Both the position numbers and the translations under genes were made by a program. Below are positions 49,442 to 59,043 of a DNA stretch of 64,000 bases, piece by piece. The stretch covers positions 3,008,001 through 3,072,000 of the forward strand of contig NZ_JAQNDL010000001.1 in NCBI RefSeq assembly GCF_028368995.1. Reading direction: 5' to 3'. The notes beneath the pieces were generated by a model. It did not search any database. It saw only the letters and a program-made list of their open reading frames with translations, and was not told where the DNA came from. Origin of the DNA: Nannocystis bainbridge (GTDB lineage Bacteria > Myxococcota_A > Polyangia > Nannocystales > Nannocystaceae). Position 1 is the stretch's first letter. Every line of letters begins with the position of its first letter.

Positions 49442-49512
49442 AGGTCCCGTCGGGATTCGAACCCGAATAGCTCGAGTTGCAGTCGAGCACCTGGCCGTTC
49501 GGACACGGGACC
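49442..49512 (-). tRNA. tRNA-Cys(GCA), variant
   Basis: Anticodon arm CTCGA-CTGCAAC-TCGAG (compensatory changes); same acceptor and T-arms. Confidence 0.92.
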
Positions 49513-49652
49513 CAATGTTTGATTCGCGGCGTGGTGAATCGATGCAGCCGCGGCGACGCGGTGGCATCAATCGCCGGCCCTGCCGAGCACGACTCGCGCG
49601 CATGAATGCGACGACTCGAGCGCGGCGGCGCGGACCGGTGCGTCTGGCGTCT

Positions 49653-49720
49653 GCACGCGCAGGCACGCGCAGGCACGCGCAGGCACGCGCAGGCACGCGC
49701 AGGCACGCGCAGGCACGCGC
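49653..49720. repeat. 10-bp VNTR (aggcacgcgc)x6 plus a partial unit
   Basis: Perfect units at 49661-49720. Confidence 0.95.
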
Positions 49721-49865
49721 CCCGGGCCGAACTTGGCCGCCACTACTTACAGCTTGTTGCAGCTCGGACCGAGCCGCCGCCTCAGCGTCGACACAACGAC
49801 GAAGTCACGCGCAGCGTCTGCGAGCGCGCGAGATCGGTGTGGACGGCGAGGGCCATGATGCGAAT

Positions 49866-49894
49866 GAAATACCACCGCCCCGCCGCCCCGTCAA
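49866..49894 (-). promoter_or_regulatory. Putative sigma70 promoter for the tRNA-Cys operon
   Basis: Minus strand TTGACG-N17-TATTTC with a TG extended -10. Confidence 0.45.
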
Positions 49895-50062
49895 CTCCTA
49901 CGATTCGCGCCCGCGACGTTTTTGCTTCGACCCCGAAGCAAGCACCGCGAACTACGATTATTCCCTGACTCCCGACCACACCTGGCGGGCGCACCCACCG
50001 CCCGCGGCGACTCACGACATCCGCCTTGAGCCTGGCGCGCGCCCCCACTACTGTCGCGCGCC

Positions 50063-51847
50063 GTGCCGCGCCGCTCGCCCGCGATCGTCTCCCCCGCCGC
50101 CCTTTTCGCGCTCGCCTGCGCCTGCACCGTCACGCGCTCAGCCCCACCTGCCCGCGAGCCGCAGCCCGCGGCTGCCCAGGCCCCCGCGACCGCGCCCGAG
50201 CCCGTCGCCTACGCCCTCTCGCCCGTGTTCGAGCAGGACGCGCTCGTCGCCTTGCAAGTCGAGATCCGCCTGCGCGGCGACGCTGACGGCCTCACGCGCC
50301 TCAAGCTGCCCGAGCAGTGGGGCGACGCCCGCGAGCTGTGGAAGTTGATCCGCGACCTCGAGGTCGAGGGCGCCACCGCCGTCGCCGAGGACGGCCCCAC
50401 CGTGCGCACGATCGCCGCCCCCGCCGGCGCCCCGCTGCAGATCCGCTACCGCCTCGTCTCCGGCTTCGACCACGACCCGACCTCCGAGGACGGCCAGCCG
50501 TTCAAGCCGATCATCCGGCCGACCTGGTTCGACGTGTTCGGCGAGTCGCTGTTCGCCTATCCCGAGGGCCGCGAGGACGACCCTGCCCGCTTCGAGTGGC
50601 GCGGCGCCCCGGCCGGCTTCGGCTTCGCCAGCGACCTCGAGCACCTCGCCGGCGCCCGGCCCGGCGTCGTCGGCGACGTCGTCGAGAGCGTCGTCATCGG
50701 CGGCCGCGACCTCAGCGTCCGCACCGACCCCGGCGGTCAGGTGCGCGTGGCGATCCTCGGCAGCTACGACTTCGGCCACGACGCCTTCTTCGACCTCTCG
50801 CTGGCCGTCATCGCCGCCGAGCGCGAGTTCTGGGGCGACAAGGACGGCGCCTTCCTGATCACCCTCGCCCCGCAGCAGAAGATCGCCGGCAGCCTGACCT
50901 ACGGCGGCACCGGCCGGTCCGACGCCTTCACCCTCAGCGTCTCGCAGGACCTCCCGTTCCCGCCGCTGCGCCACCTCCTGGCCCACGAGTATTTCCACAC
51001 CTGGAACGCGCGCCAGCTGGGCGGCCAGGCCGAGGGCCTCGCCGAGGGCGCCGGCAAGTGGTTCGCCGAGGGCTTCACCGAGTTCTACACCTGGCGCCTG
51101 CTGCTGCGCGCCGGCCTCTACAGCCTCGAGGACTTCGTCGCCGCCTGGAACACCGGCCTCGTCGAGTACTGGACCTCGCCGGTGCGCGACGAGCCCAACG
51201 CGCGGATCGTCGCCGACTACTGGAACGACCACACCGTCAGCCGCCTGCCCTACCGCCGCGGCCCGCTGCTCGCCGCGATCTGGGAGCAGCGGCTGCGCCA
51301 GGCCACCGGCGGCGCGCGCGACCTCGACGACGTCATGAAGGCCATGCGGGCCAAGGTGCAGGCCTCCCCCGTCAAGCTCGCGCCCGACGCCGCCAGCGTG
51401 TTCCCGCCGGTCTACCGCGAGCTCGGCGGCCCCGACCTCGCCGACGACCTCGAGCGCTTCGTCGTCCAGGGCGTTGCCATCCGCCTGCCGGCCGACGTGT
51501 TCGGCCCGTGTTTGCGCGTCGTCGACAGCCTCCGCCACGAGTTCGAGCGCGGCTGGGACGTCGACGCCACCGCCGCCGCCGACCGCGTCATCACCGGCCT
51601 GCGCAAGGGCTCGCCCGCCTGGCGCGCCGGCCTGCGCGACGGCATGAAGGTCGTCGAGCGCATCGCCGGCGAGCCCGGCGACTCGACCGTGCCCTACGTC
51701 CTGCGCGTCCGCGACGGCAAGCGCGAGCGCCAGATCTCCTTCAAACCCGAGGGCGAACGGCAGTTCCCCATGCAGCAGCTCGAGCTCGCCCCGGGCCTCA
51801 CGCCCGAGCGGCGAGCCGCCTGCGCCCGCGAGCTGTCCGGCGCCTGA
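50063..51847 (+). CDS. M61-family metallopeptidase lipoprotein with a C-terminal PDZ-like domain
   Basis: LACAC, LLAHEYFHTWN, WFAEGFTEFY, YRRG, SPAWRAGLRDG. Confidence 0.85.
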   Translation: MPRRSPAIVSPAALFALACACTVTRSAPPAREPQPAAAQAPATAPEPVAYALSPVFEQDALVALQVEIRLRGDADGLTRLKLPEQWGDARELWKLIRDLEVEGATAVAEDGPTVRTIAAPAGAPLQIRYRLVSGFDHDPTSEDGQPFKPIIRPTWFDVFGESLFAYPEGREDDPARFEWRGAPAGFGFASDLEHLAGARPGVVGDVVESVVIGGRDLSVRTDPGGQVRVAILGSYDFGHDAFFDLSLAVIAAEREFWGDKDGAFLITLAPQQKIAGSLTYGGTGRSDAFTLSVSQDLPFPPLRHLLAHEYFHTWNARQLGGQAEGLAEGAGKWFAEGFTEFYTWRLLLRAGLYSLEDFVAAWNTGLVEYWTSPVRDEPNARIVADYWNDHTVSRLPYRRGPLLAAIWEQRLRQATGGARDLDDVMKAMRAKVQASPVKLAPDAASVFPPVYRELGGPDLADDLERFVVQGVAIRLPADVFGPCLRVVDSLRHEFERGWDVDATAAADRVITGLRKGSPAWRAGLRDGMKVVERIAGEPGDSTVPYVLRVRDGKRERQISFKPEGERQFPMQQLELAPGLTPERRAACARELSGA

Positions 51848-51853
51848 CCAATA

Positions 51854-51905
51854 GGACATGTTCTCCGGAGCATGCCCGATCGGACATGCCCTTCAGAGCA
51901 TGTTC
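51854..51905. repeat. 14-bp-period decamer array (4 units)
   Basis: Units at 51854, 51868, 51882, 51896; fills the gap between convergent genes. Confidence 0.88.
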
Positions 51906-51911
51906 GAACGT

Positions 51912-54185
51912 TCAGCGGCGGACGAAGTGGGCCGCCAGGCGACGGATCTCGCGCATCAGCCGGTTGCGCGAGTACATGCCCTTCTGGATGACCTGCTCGA
52001 CGCGGCCGCCGAGGCGCTCCCAGTCGTCGCGGGCCAGCTCCTGGGCCGTCATCACCGCCACCGGCACGCGCACGAACTCGGGGCGGCTGCGGATCCGCTG
52101 CAGCACCTCGTAGCCGTCGAGCTCGGGGATCTTCAGGTCGAGCAAGATCAGGCCCGGCCGGCTCTTCTCGATCAGGTCGAGCGCCTGCGGGCCGGTGCTG
52201 GCCACCCGCACCGACCAGCCCTCCTCGAGCAGGGTCCGCTGCAGCAGCTCGCGCAGGCCCTCGTCGTCCTCGACCACCAGGATGTAGCCGTCGCGCACCG
52301 GCACCAGCCGCTGGATGCTGGCCACCAGCTGCTCGCGGCGCAGCGGCTTGGTCAGGTAGTCGTCGGCCCCGAGCGCCAGCCCGAGCGGCTTCTCGTCGAG
52401 CATGCTGACCACCACCACCGCCGTGCCCTTGAGGTCGGGGTCGGCGCGGATCGCCTGCAGCACCGCCCAGCCGTCCATCCCTGGCATCATGATGTCGAGC
52501 GCGATCACCACCGGCTTGAGCCGCTTGGCCAGCGCCAGGCCCTCCTTGCCGGTCGCCGCGCCGTAGACCTCGAGCCCCTCGCGGCTCAAGATCCGCTCCA
52601 TCAGGTCGTAGACGTTGGGGTCGTCGTCGATGACCAGCATCGCCTGCGGCGCCGCGTCGTTGCGCGGCCCGACCGGCAGGCTCGGCTCGCGCGAGCCCTC
52701 CTCGGCCGGCAGGCTGGCGCCGATCACCCGCGCCGGCAGGCGCACGCGGAACGTCGAGCCGGTGCCGGGGGCGCTCTCGACCGCGATCTCGCCGGCCATC
52801 ATCTGGCAGAAGCGGCGGCTGATCGCCAGGCCGAGGCCGGTCCCGCCGTACTTGCGGGTGGTCGACGAGTCGCCCTGATAAAACGTCTGGAACAGCCGGT
52901 TCGTCTGCTCCGCCGACATGCCGATGCCGTTGTCGGCGACCACGAACTCGAACCAGTCCTGGCTGCGGTCGCGCGGCCCGCCGGGCTCGGCCGCGGCGCT
53001 CGGCAGCCGGCTCACCTCGAGCGCGATGCGCCCGCGCTCGGTGAACTTGGCGGCGTTGCTGAGCAGGTTGAACAGCACCTGCCGCACCTTGGTCAGGTCG
53101 GCCGTCATCTCGCCGAGGTCCTCGGCGATGTGCAGGTCGAACACGTTGTTGTTCTGCGTCATCAGCCGCTGCGCCGTGTTGCACACGTCGTTCAGCATGC
53201 CCTGCACCGAGAACGACTCGATGTGCAGCTCCATCCGCCCGGCCTCGATCTTCGACAGGTCGAGGATGTCGCTGATGATCCCGAGCAGGTGGTTGCCGGC
53301 GCCGTGGATCTTGTGCACGTCGACGGCGACCTGGTCGCGACGCCCGCGCAGCTCCTCGAGCACGATCTCCGAGTAGCCGATGATCGCGTTGAGCGGCGTC
53401 CGCAGCTCGTGGCTCATGTTGGCCAAGAAGGCGCTCTTGGCCCGGCTGGCCTCGATCGCCTCGTCGCGCGCCACCTCGAGCTTCTCGTTCAGCTCGCGCA
53501 GCCGCTGCTCCGAGCGCACGCTCTCGCTGATGTCCGTCGCCACCCCGATCGCGCCCAGCTGGGTCCCGTGCGCGTCGTGGAACGGCGCCGTCCAGGTCTC
53601 GAAGTGGCGGTCGGTGAACTCGAACACCCCGCGCAGGCTCAGGCCCTTGAGCGCCCGCCGGACCCCGTCGAGCAGCGCCGGCAGCCCGGCGAACACCTCG
53701 TACACCGGCTCGCCGAGGTAGCCGCGCGGCTCGAGCCCCAGCGCCTGCAGGCCGCGGCCCTCGAGCAGCAGCAGCGCACCGCGGACGTCGGTCGCCAGCA
53801 GCACGATCGGCACGTTGGCGACCACGCTGCGCAGCACCTCGCCCTGCAGCGCGCGCGGGTCCTCGGCCGGGCGCCCGACCACGCACACCTCGTCGCAACC
53901 TGCCTCTCGGACCATGGTCCAAGCGACAGCCAGCTCGCCGGCCCGCGGGCGACAGACCACTCGCGCCGTCTCGCCCGCCAGAGCGCGGCGCCAGGCCTCT
54001 AGCCACGCCGGCTGGTCGACCGAACGCAGCAGTTCGACGAACTGCATGCCGAGCGGCGGGCCGCCGAACAGCTGCCGCAGGCCGGCGTTGGCCGCCTGCA
54101 GCTCGCCGCCGGTGCCGAGGACGGCGAGCCAATCGCTCGACAGATCGAGGAGGCGGGAGAGGCTCGCGCTCACGAGGTTCGGCAT
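51912..54185 (-). CDS. Hybrid histidine kinase (PAS-PAS-HisKA-HATPase-REC-REC)
   Basis: [31 protein letters not shown], two receiver domains. Confidence 0.95.
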   Translation of the reverse strand: MPNLVSASLSRLLDLSSDWLAVLGTGGELQAANAGLRQLFGGPPLGMQFVELLRSVDQPAWLEAWRRALAGETARVVCRPRAGELAVAWTMVREAGCDEVCVVGRPAEDPRALQGEVLRSVVANVPIVLLATDVRGALLLLEGRGLQALGLEPRGYLGEPVYEVFAGLPALLDGVRRALKGLSLRGVFEFTDRHFETWTAPFHDAHGTQLGAIGVATDISESVRSEQRLRELNEKLEVARDEAIEASRAKSAFLANMSHELRTPLNAIIGYSEIVLEELRGRRDQVAVDVHKIHGAGNHLLGIISDILDLSKIEAGRMELHIESFSVQGMLNDVCNTAQRLMTQNNNVFDLHIAEDLGEMTADLTKVRQVLFNLLSNAAKFTERGRIALEVSRLPSAAAEPGGPRDRSQDWFEFVVADNGIGMSAEQTNRLFQTFYQGDSSTTRKYGGTGLGLAISRRFCQMMAGEIAVESAPGTGSTFRVRLPARVIGASLPAEEGSREPSLPVGPRNDAAPQAMLVIDDDPNVYDLMERILSREGLEVYGAATGKEGLALAKRLKPVVIALDIMMPGMDGWAVLQAIRADPDLKGTAVVVVSMLDEKPLGLALGADDYLTKPLRREQLVASIQRLVPVRDGYILVVEDDEGLRELLQRTLLEEGWSVRVASTGPQALDLIEKSRPGLILLDLKIPELDGYEVLQRIRSRPEFVRVPVAVMTAQELARDDWERLGGRVEQVIQKGMYSRNRLMREIRRLAAHFVRR

Positions 54186-54238
54186 GCCCGGACGGCGCCC
54201 ATGGTAGCCGGACGGGCAGCAAAAAGGCTATGCGCGCT

Positions 54239-55081
54239 CTACTTCGCCCCGAACACTTGGGTCCACAAGTGGCCCCATTGACCGCCGGGGTAGTACCCGA
54301 CGCCGATGTGCTCGAACGCGGGGTTCATGATGTTGGCGCAGTGGCCGTCGCTGTTCATCCACTGGTCCATCGTTCCGGCGGCGTCGGGCGAGCCGCCGGC
54401 GATGTTCTCGCCCGCGTTGCTGTAGCTGCCGTAACCCGCCTTGCCCATCCGGTCCCACGGCGGCTCGCCGTCCGGGTTGGTGTGATCGAAGAAGTCGCGG
54501 TCGCTCATGTCCTTGGAGTGCATGCGCGCGGCGCACCGCAGCGCCGGGTCCATCGACAACGGGCCCGCGGGCCCGAAATTGCCCTGCGCGCCGCAGTTCG
54601 CGCCCTCCGCCCGCCGCTGGTTGACCAGCGCAAGGACGTCCTCCTCGAGCTGCTTCCAGGCGGGATCCCAGCCCTTGGCCGGCTCGCAGTACGGCACCCC
54701 GTCGGGCACGTCCGGGTTGGCCGGCTCGCCCGTGGTCGTCGTCGAGGCGGTGCCCGGATCGGTGGTGCCCGGATCGGTGGTCGTCGTCGTGTCCGGACCG
54801 GTGGTCACATCGGGACCGGTCGTCATCGGCGGCGCCGTGGTCCCCGTCGCGGACTCTCCGCCCGTCGTGAGCGCCGGCGCCGTGGTGGTGAGGTCGGCGT
54901 CCGTGGTCGTGCCGGGATCGCCGCTGGTGCCCGTCGTCACACCGCCGTCGCTGCCGTCGCCCTCGCTGGTGTCGGGGCCGGTGCCGGAGATCGGGACCGT
55001 GTCGTCGGCGCCGATCCCCGAATAACAACCGGCGACGAGCACCGCGAGCACCACCGCCGAGACGCGAAGCGAACTGAGCAT
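54239..55081 (-). CDS. CAP/SCP-domain lipoprotein
   Basis: VAGC, LVNQRR, AARMHSKDM, GENIA, WMNSDGHCANIM, WTQVFG. Confidence 0.92.
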   Translation of the reverse strand: MLSSLRVSAVVLAVLVAGCYSGIGADDTVPISGTGPDTSEGDGSDGGVTTGTSGDPGTTTDADLTTTAPALTTGGESATGTTAPPMTTGPDVTTGPDTTTTTDPGTTDPGTASTTTTGEPANPDVPDGVPYCEPAKGWDPAWKQLEEDVLALVNQRRAEGANCGAQGNFGPAGPLSMDPALRCAARMHSKDMSDRDFFDHTNPDGEPPWDRMGKAGYGSYSNAGENIAGGSPDAAGTMDQWMNSDGHCANIMNPAFEHIGVGYYPGGQWGHLWTQVFGAK

Positions 55082-55194
55082 GCTCCGACCTTAGCCTCCG
55101 CGTCGCGCGGACCTCAAGCCCTCATCATCGGCGACGCCGTTCATGGGGCCTCGGGACGACATCTGGCGCGCGAGCCTCCGGGTAACCTCCCCCC

Positions 55195-55557
55195 ATGCCC
55201 AAGCTCATCGCCCAGCCCACGCGCGTCGTCGCCGACGGCGAGCCGCCCAAGCTCATCGACGAGTACGTCGGCCGCGTCAACACCCACGCGACCGCCGTCA
55301 GCATCGCCCACATGCGCTCGCCTGCCGGCTGGCGCGAGCGCGGCCAGAGGCCCGAATTCGACGAGTACTCGCTGGTCCTGCGCGGCACCCTGCGGGTCGA
55401 ACACGAGGGCGGCATCCTCGACGTCGCGGCCGGCCAGGCCGTGCTGGTCCGCGGCGGCGAGCACGTCCGCTACAGCACCCCCGGCGACGAGGGCGCCGAG
55501 TACGTCGCGGTGTGCCTGCCCGCCTTCTCGCCCGAGACGGTCCACCGCGATCCATGA
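55195..55557 (+). CDS. Cupin-domain protein
   Basis: IDEYVGRVN, QRPEFDEY, YSTP, CLPAFSP. Confidence 0.88.
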   Translation: MPKLIAQPTRVVADGEPPKLIDEYVGRVNTHATAVSIAHMRSPAGWRERGQRPEFDEYSLVLRGTLRVEHEGGILDVAAGQAVLVRGGEHVRYSTPGDEGAEYVAVCLPAFSPETVHRDP

Positions 55558-55615
55558 CCGTATAGACATGTCTTCATGAGCATGTCGCAAAAGACATGCT
55601 CCATAGGACATGACC
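55550..55615. repeat. 14-bp-period decamer array (5 units)
   Basis: Units at 55550, 55564, 55578, 55592, 55606. Confidence 0.85.
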
Positions 55616-55652
55616 TTTCGGTCAGATCAATCGGGAGACGATGGCGGGCCGA

Positions 55653-55905
55653 GCGACCTGTCCCGCAGGACGAGCCACTCGCGCAGCGGACCACGAGCGG
55701 CTGACCCGTCCGCTCGCGCGCGGCCAGCTACGGACCGCCCGGTCCCACCGCGCCCGGCCTACGGGCGCGACCGCCAGTTCCACCGCGGCTGACCGCTCGC
55801 GCGGCCGGTCCACGAGCTGCTGATCCCGCTCACGCCCAGCCTGCGCAGGGCTGCCGACCGCTCGCGCGGCCGGGTAGCCCGGCGGGCGACCTGTCCCGCA
55901 GGACA
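55653..55905. repeat. Intergenic REP-like repeats
   Basis: gcgacctgtcccgcaggac at both ends and about three ccgctcgcgcg(c)ggcc copies between them. Confidence 0.6.
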
Positions 55906-55910
55906 GGCCG

Positions 55911-57602
55911 TTACTTGCCGGTCGCCGGCGCCGCGGACGGGGCGTCGCCGTCGTCGCTCGAGGAAGCGCCCTCGGGCCGGTCGATGAGCACCCGGAACTC
56001 GATGCGGCGGTTCTTGGCGCGGGCCTTGGAGGTCTTGGCCGGATCGATCGGCTTGTCGGGGCCGAAGCCCGAGGTCTTGACGCGCGACTCCTCGATCCCG
56101 TGCTCGACCAGGTAGCGCTTTACCGAATCGGCGCGGCGCTGCGACAGCTCGAGGTTGAAGTCGCGGCCGCCGACATCGTCGGTGTGACCCTGGATCTCGA
56201 TCTTGAGGCTGGGGAACTCCTTGAGCACGCCGACCGCCACGTCGAGCGTCTTCTCCGAGCCCTTCTTGATCTTGTCGGAGCGGGTCTCGAAGTTGATGCC
56301 CTCGAGCGGGCGCTTGTCCCACTCCTTGGCCTTCTCGGGCAGCTTGTCCGGGCAGCCGTCGGTGTCCTCGAAGCCGTTGTACGACTCCGGGTGCATCGGG
56401 CACTTGTCGTCCTTGTCGATGATCTTGTCGCCGTCGGTGTCGGGCGGCGGCGGGCACCCGGGCGCCTCGGGCCACGGCTCGGTCGGGCACTGGTCGTCCG
56501 GATCGAGGATGCCGTCCTTGTCGGTGTCGGGCGGCGGGCAGCCGTCGGGCGCCACGCCGGCCTCGAACGGGCACTTGTCGACGCGGTCGAGGAAGGTGTC
56601 GTTGTCGGAGTCGATCGACGGGCAGCCGTCGGGCGGGTCGCCGGCCAGCTTCGGGCACTGGTCGACGTCGTTGAGCACGCCGTCCTTGTCCCAGTCGAGG
56701 TCCTTCGCGGCCGGCTGCGGGCGCACGCGCCCGAGCACCAGGCTGAAGCCCACGGTCACCTGCGCGTGGCTGGTGAACGCCGGCATCGGCTTGGCCGCCT
56801 TGGCCGAGACGATGTGGCGCGCGTCGACGCGGAACGCCGCCATGCGCGAGATGAAGATCTTGAGGCCGCCGCCCCAGTGGCCGGCCGGGTCGACGTCGCT
56901 GCCGAGGCCGTTGCCCGGCGAGCTGATGCCGAGCATGCCGTAACCGCCGAGCAGGAACGGCGTGACGCGGTACGGCAGCTGCAGCACCGCGCTGCCGCGC
57001 AGGCCGTAGACGAACGCCGGGCTGTTGTGCACGTTGCGGACGAACGTCGGCGTCGCCGAGAACTCGGCCTCGACGCCGAAGATCCGCAGCGGGAAGTAGC
57101 CGACGCGGGCACCGACCGCCGGGCCCAGCCGCCACAGCGCCTTGTGCTCGTCGGGCCGGCCGGCGATCGGCTTGTAGAGGTCGTGATCGTCGGGCGGCAG
57201 GTTGAGGCCGCCGAAGACCCCGAGCTCGAACAGGTGCCGCTCCGGCGAGTAGCGGTGGATCCACTTGCGGGTGTCTTTGACCTTGCCCGTCTTCTCGTCG
57301 AGGATCACGCCGTCGGGCGCCTGGCGCCTGCCCGACTTCCTGGCCTTCGGGACAGACGCGTCGGCCTTGACCTCGGCCTTGCCCGCGCCCGCGCTCGCCC
57401 CCGCCTGCACGCCCGCGCTCGCGGGGGCCGGCTCGGCCGCGGGCGTCGGTGCAGGCTCGGGCGCCGGCGCCGCCTCTGTCGCCGGATCGCTGGCCGTCGG
57501 CTCCTGGACGGCCGCGAGGGCCTCCGGCGAGGCCGCGGCAGCGAAGAGCAGCACGCCGGCGGGGATCAGAGCAGCGGTGCGGGGCTTGGAAATCAGGGTC
57601 AT
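55911..57602 (-). CDS. OmpA-family outer-membrane protein with beta-barrel, TSP3-like repeats and OmpA C-terminal domain
   Basis: DxDxDG..D.CP repeats, IQGHTD, NLELSQRRA, NRRIEF. Confidence 0.92.
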   Translation of the reverse strand: MTLISKPRTAALIPAGVLLFAAAASPEALAAVQEPTASDPATEAAPAPEPAPTPAAEPAPASAGVQAGASAGAGKAEVKADASVPKARKSGRRQAPDGVILDEKTGKVKDTRKWIHRYSPERHLFELGVFGGLNLPPDDHDLYKPIAGRPDEHKALWRLGPAVGARVGYFPLRIFGVEAEFSATPTFVRNVHNSPAFVYGLRGSAVLQLPYRVTPFLLGGYGMLGISSPGNGLGSDVDPAGHWGGGLKIFISRMAAFRVDARHIVSAKAAKPMPAFTSHAQVTVGFSLVLGRVRPQPAAKDLDWDKDGVLNDVDQCPKLAGDPPDGCPSIDSDNDTFLDRVDKCPFEAGVAPDGCPPPDTDKDGILDPDDQCPTEPWPEAPGCPPPPDTDGDKIIDKDDKCPMHPESYNGFEDTDGCPDKLPEKAKEWDKRPLEGINFETRSDKIKKGSEKTLDVAVGVLKEFPSLKIEIQGHTDDVGGRDFNLELSQRRADSVKRYLVEHGIEESRVKTSGFGPDKPIDPAKTSKARAKNRRIEFRVLIDRPEGASSSDDGDAPSAAPATGK

Positions 57603-57657
57603 GCGGCGGCCGAGAAGGTGACTGCGAAGGGTACAGGAAAAGCGAGGAGAAATGGGC

Positions 57658-58128
57658 TCAGTAGCAGGCCAGGATCTGCGCGGCGCACTCGGCGGGCAGG
57701 TTGGGCTCGATGGCCAGCAGGTTGGCGAGATAACAGGCGGTACAGGTGCCGTCGTCGGGCATGCACTGCGGCATCGCGCTGCACAGCGGGACCACGCACT
57801 CGAACAGGTCGAACAGCGCCAGCCACTCCGCGGCGGTCAGCGGGGCCAGGCACTTGTCGAAGCACAGCTGCCACTCGCCCTCGAAGCTGTCCCACGCGTC
57901 GAGGTCGAGCGCGCAGTCTCGCGAGCACTCGAGCGCCTGGCGACAGCTCCAGTCCGACGGCGTCGGCTCGGTCGTCGAGGTCGACTCGACCGGCGGCTCG
58001 GTCGTGAACACCGGCACCACCGTCGGGTCGGCCTCCGTGGTCCCCGTGGTGCTCGGCGCCCAGACCTCGCGGTCGTCCGAGTTGCACGCCAACACGCCCG
58101 CGATCAGCAAGTAAGGCTTAACATCCAT
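57658..58128 (-). CDS. Cys-rich lipoprotein, paralog of the adjacent gene
   Basis: VLAC-NSDDRE; EWLALFDLFECVV. Confidence 0.8.
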   Translation of the reverse strand: MDVKPYLLIAGVLACNSDDREVWAPSTTGTTEADPTVVPVFTTEPPVESTSTTEPTPSDWSCRQALECSRDCALDLDAWDSFEGEWQLCFDKCLAPLTAAEWLALFDLFECVVPLCSAMPQCMPDDGTCTACYLANLLAIEPNLPAECAAQILACY

Positions 58129-58245
58129 GTCCTGACCCGATGGCCAGGTCAGGCGGGATCCATCAGCGTCACGGGCCTCGGCCGGCGCGCGCACGAGCGG
58201 CCGGCGGGCGGGCGAGGCTGCGAGGCAAGAGCGCATGCTCGGCCC

Positions 58246-58761
58246 CTATTTGCACGCGTTCGCCTGGTCCACGCACTCCGGCGTCGGCGGATTGGTGGCG
58301 CTGAGCTTCTGCAGGTAGCATGCGTTACAATCGTCGCTGTCGCCGCCGTCCATGCAGGCCGGCGACGCCGAGCAGACCCCGACCACGCACTCGGTCAGGT
58401 CGAACAGCTTGAGCCACTCGACGTAGTTGATCTCGTCGAGGCAGTCGGTGAAGAAGCACGACTGCCAGTCGAACTCGGGCGGCGTCGGGTTGGGGATCTT
58501 GATCGCGCACTGGACCGCGCAGAAGATCGCGCTGCGGCACGTCTTCGGCGACGGCGGCGGCGGCGGCTCCGACGTCGTGTCCATCGGCTCGGCCGTGGTG
58601 AACGTCGGCACCTCGGTCGGGTCGATCTCGGTCGTCCCCGAGGTCGAGCCCGGGAACTGCTCGCGGTCGTCCGAGTTGCAGGCCGCTCCGGCGAGCGCCG
58701 CGGCCGCAGCCCACGCGAGGGCCCGAACCGAGAGGTGCAGGGGGGGGTGCGCCCGGGTCAT
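58246..58761 (-). CDS. Cys-rich lipoprotein
   Basis: GAAC-NSDDRE; EWLKLFDLTECVV. Confidence 0.8.
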   Translation of the reverse strand: MTRAHPPLHLSVRALAWAAAAALAGAACNSDDREQFPGSTSGTTEIDPTEVPTFTTAEPMDTTSEPPPPPSPKTCRSAIFCAVQCAIKIPNPTPPEFDWQSCFFTDCLDEINYVEWLKLFDLTECVVGVCSASPACMDGGDSDDCNACYLQKLSATNPPTPECVDQANACK

Positions 58762-59043
58762 CTCCTGCACCATACCAGCGGCGGTCATGGCGACCAAATG
58801 TTCCTGTGCGGCCTGTGTCACCCGGACCACGCCCGATCTGTCGCTGGTGTCATCGGCCCCGGCCGTAGACTGCGAATGCGCGCGAACTCGCCTCGCTTGT
58901 CACTCGCCGCGAAAAGGTGCCAAAATGAGAGACCCAGGGCCGCCTGGGGCCATACGGCCGCTGCGCCGACGCCTGCACGCCTTCCCCCGTGCGCGCGGGC
59001 AAAACTCGCCTCTCGCGCCCTCCTGCCTTAAGGAACTTCTGAC

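Noticed and set aside
49230-49512. Three near-identical 71-bp repeats with 34-36 nt spacers as a CRISPR array
   Set aside because: The repeats fold as complete tRNA cloverleaves with a GCA anticodon, are too long for CRISPR repeats, and no cas genes are present.
48969-49706. ORF-track proteins overlapping the tRNAs (e.g. 48982-49425, 49434-49706)
   Set aside because: They are translations of tRNA and VNTR sequence.
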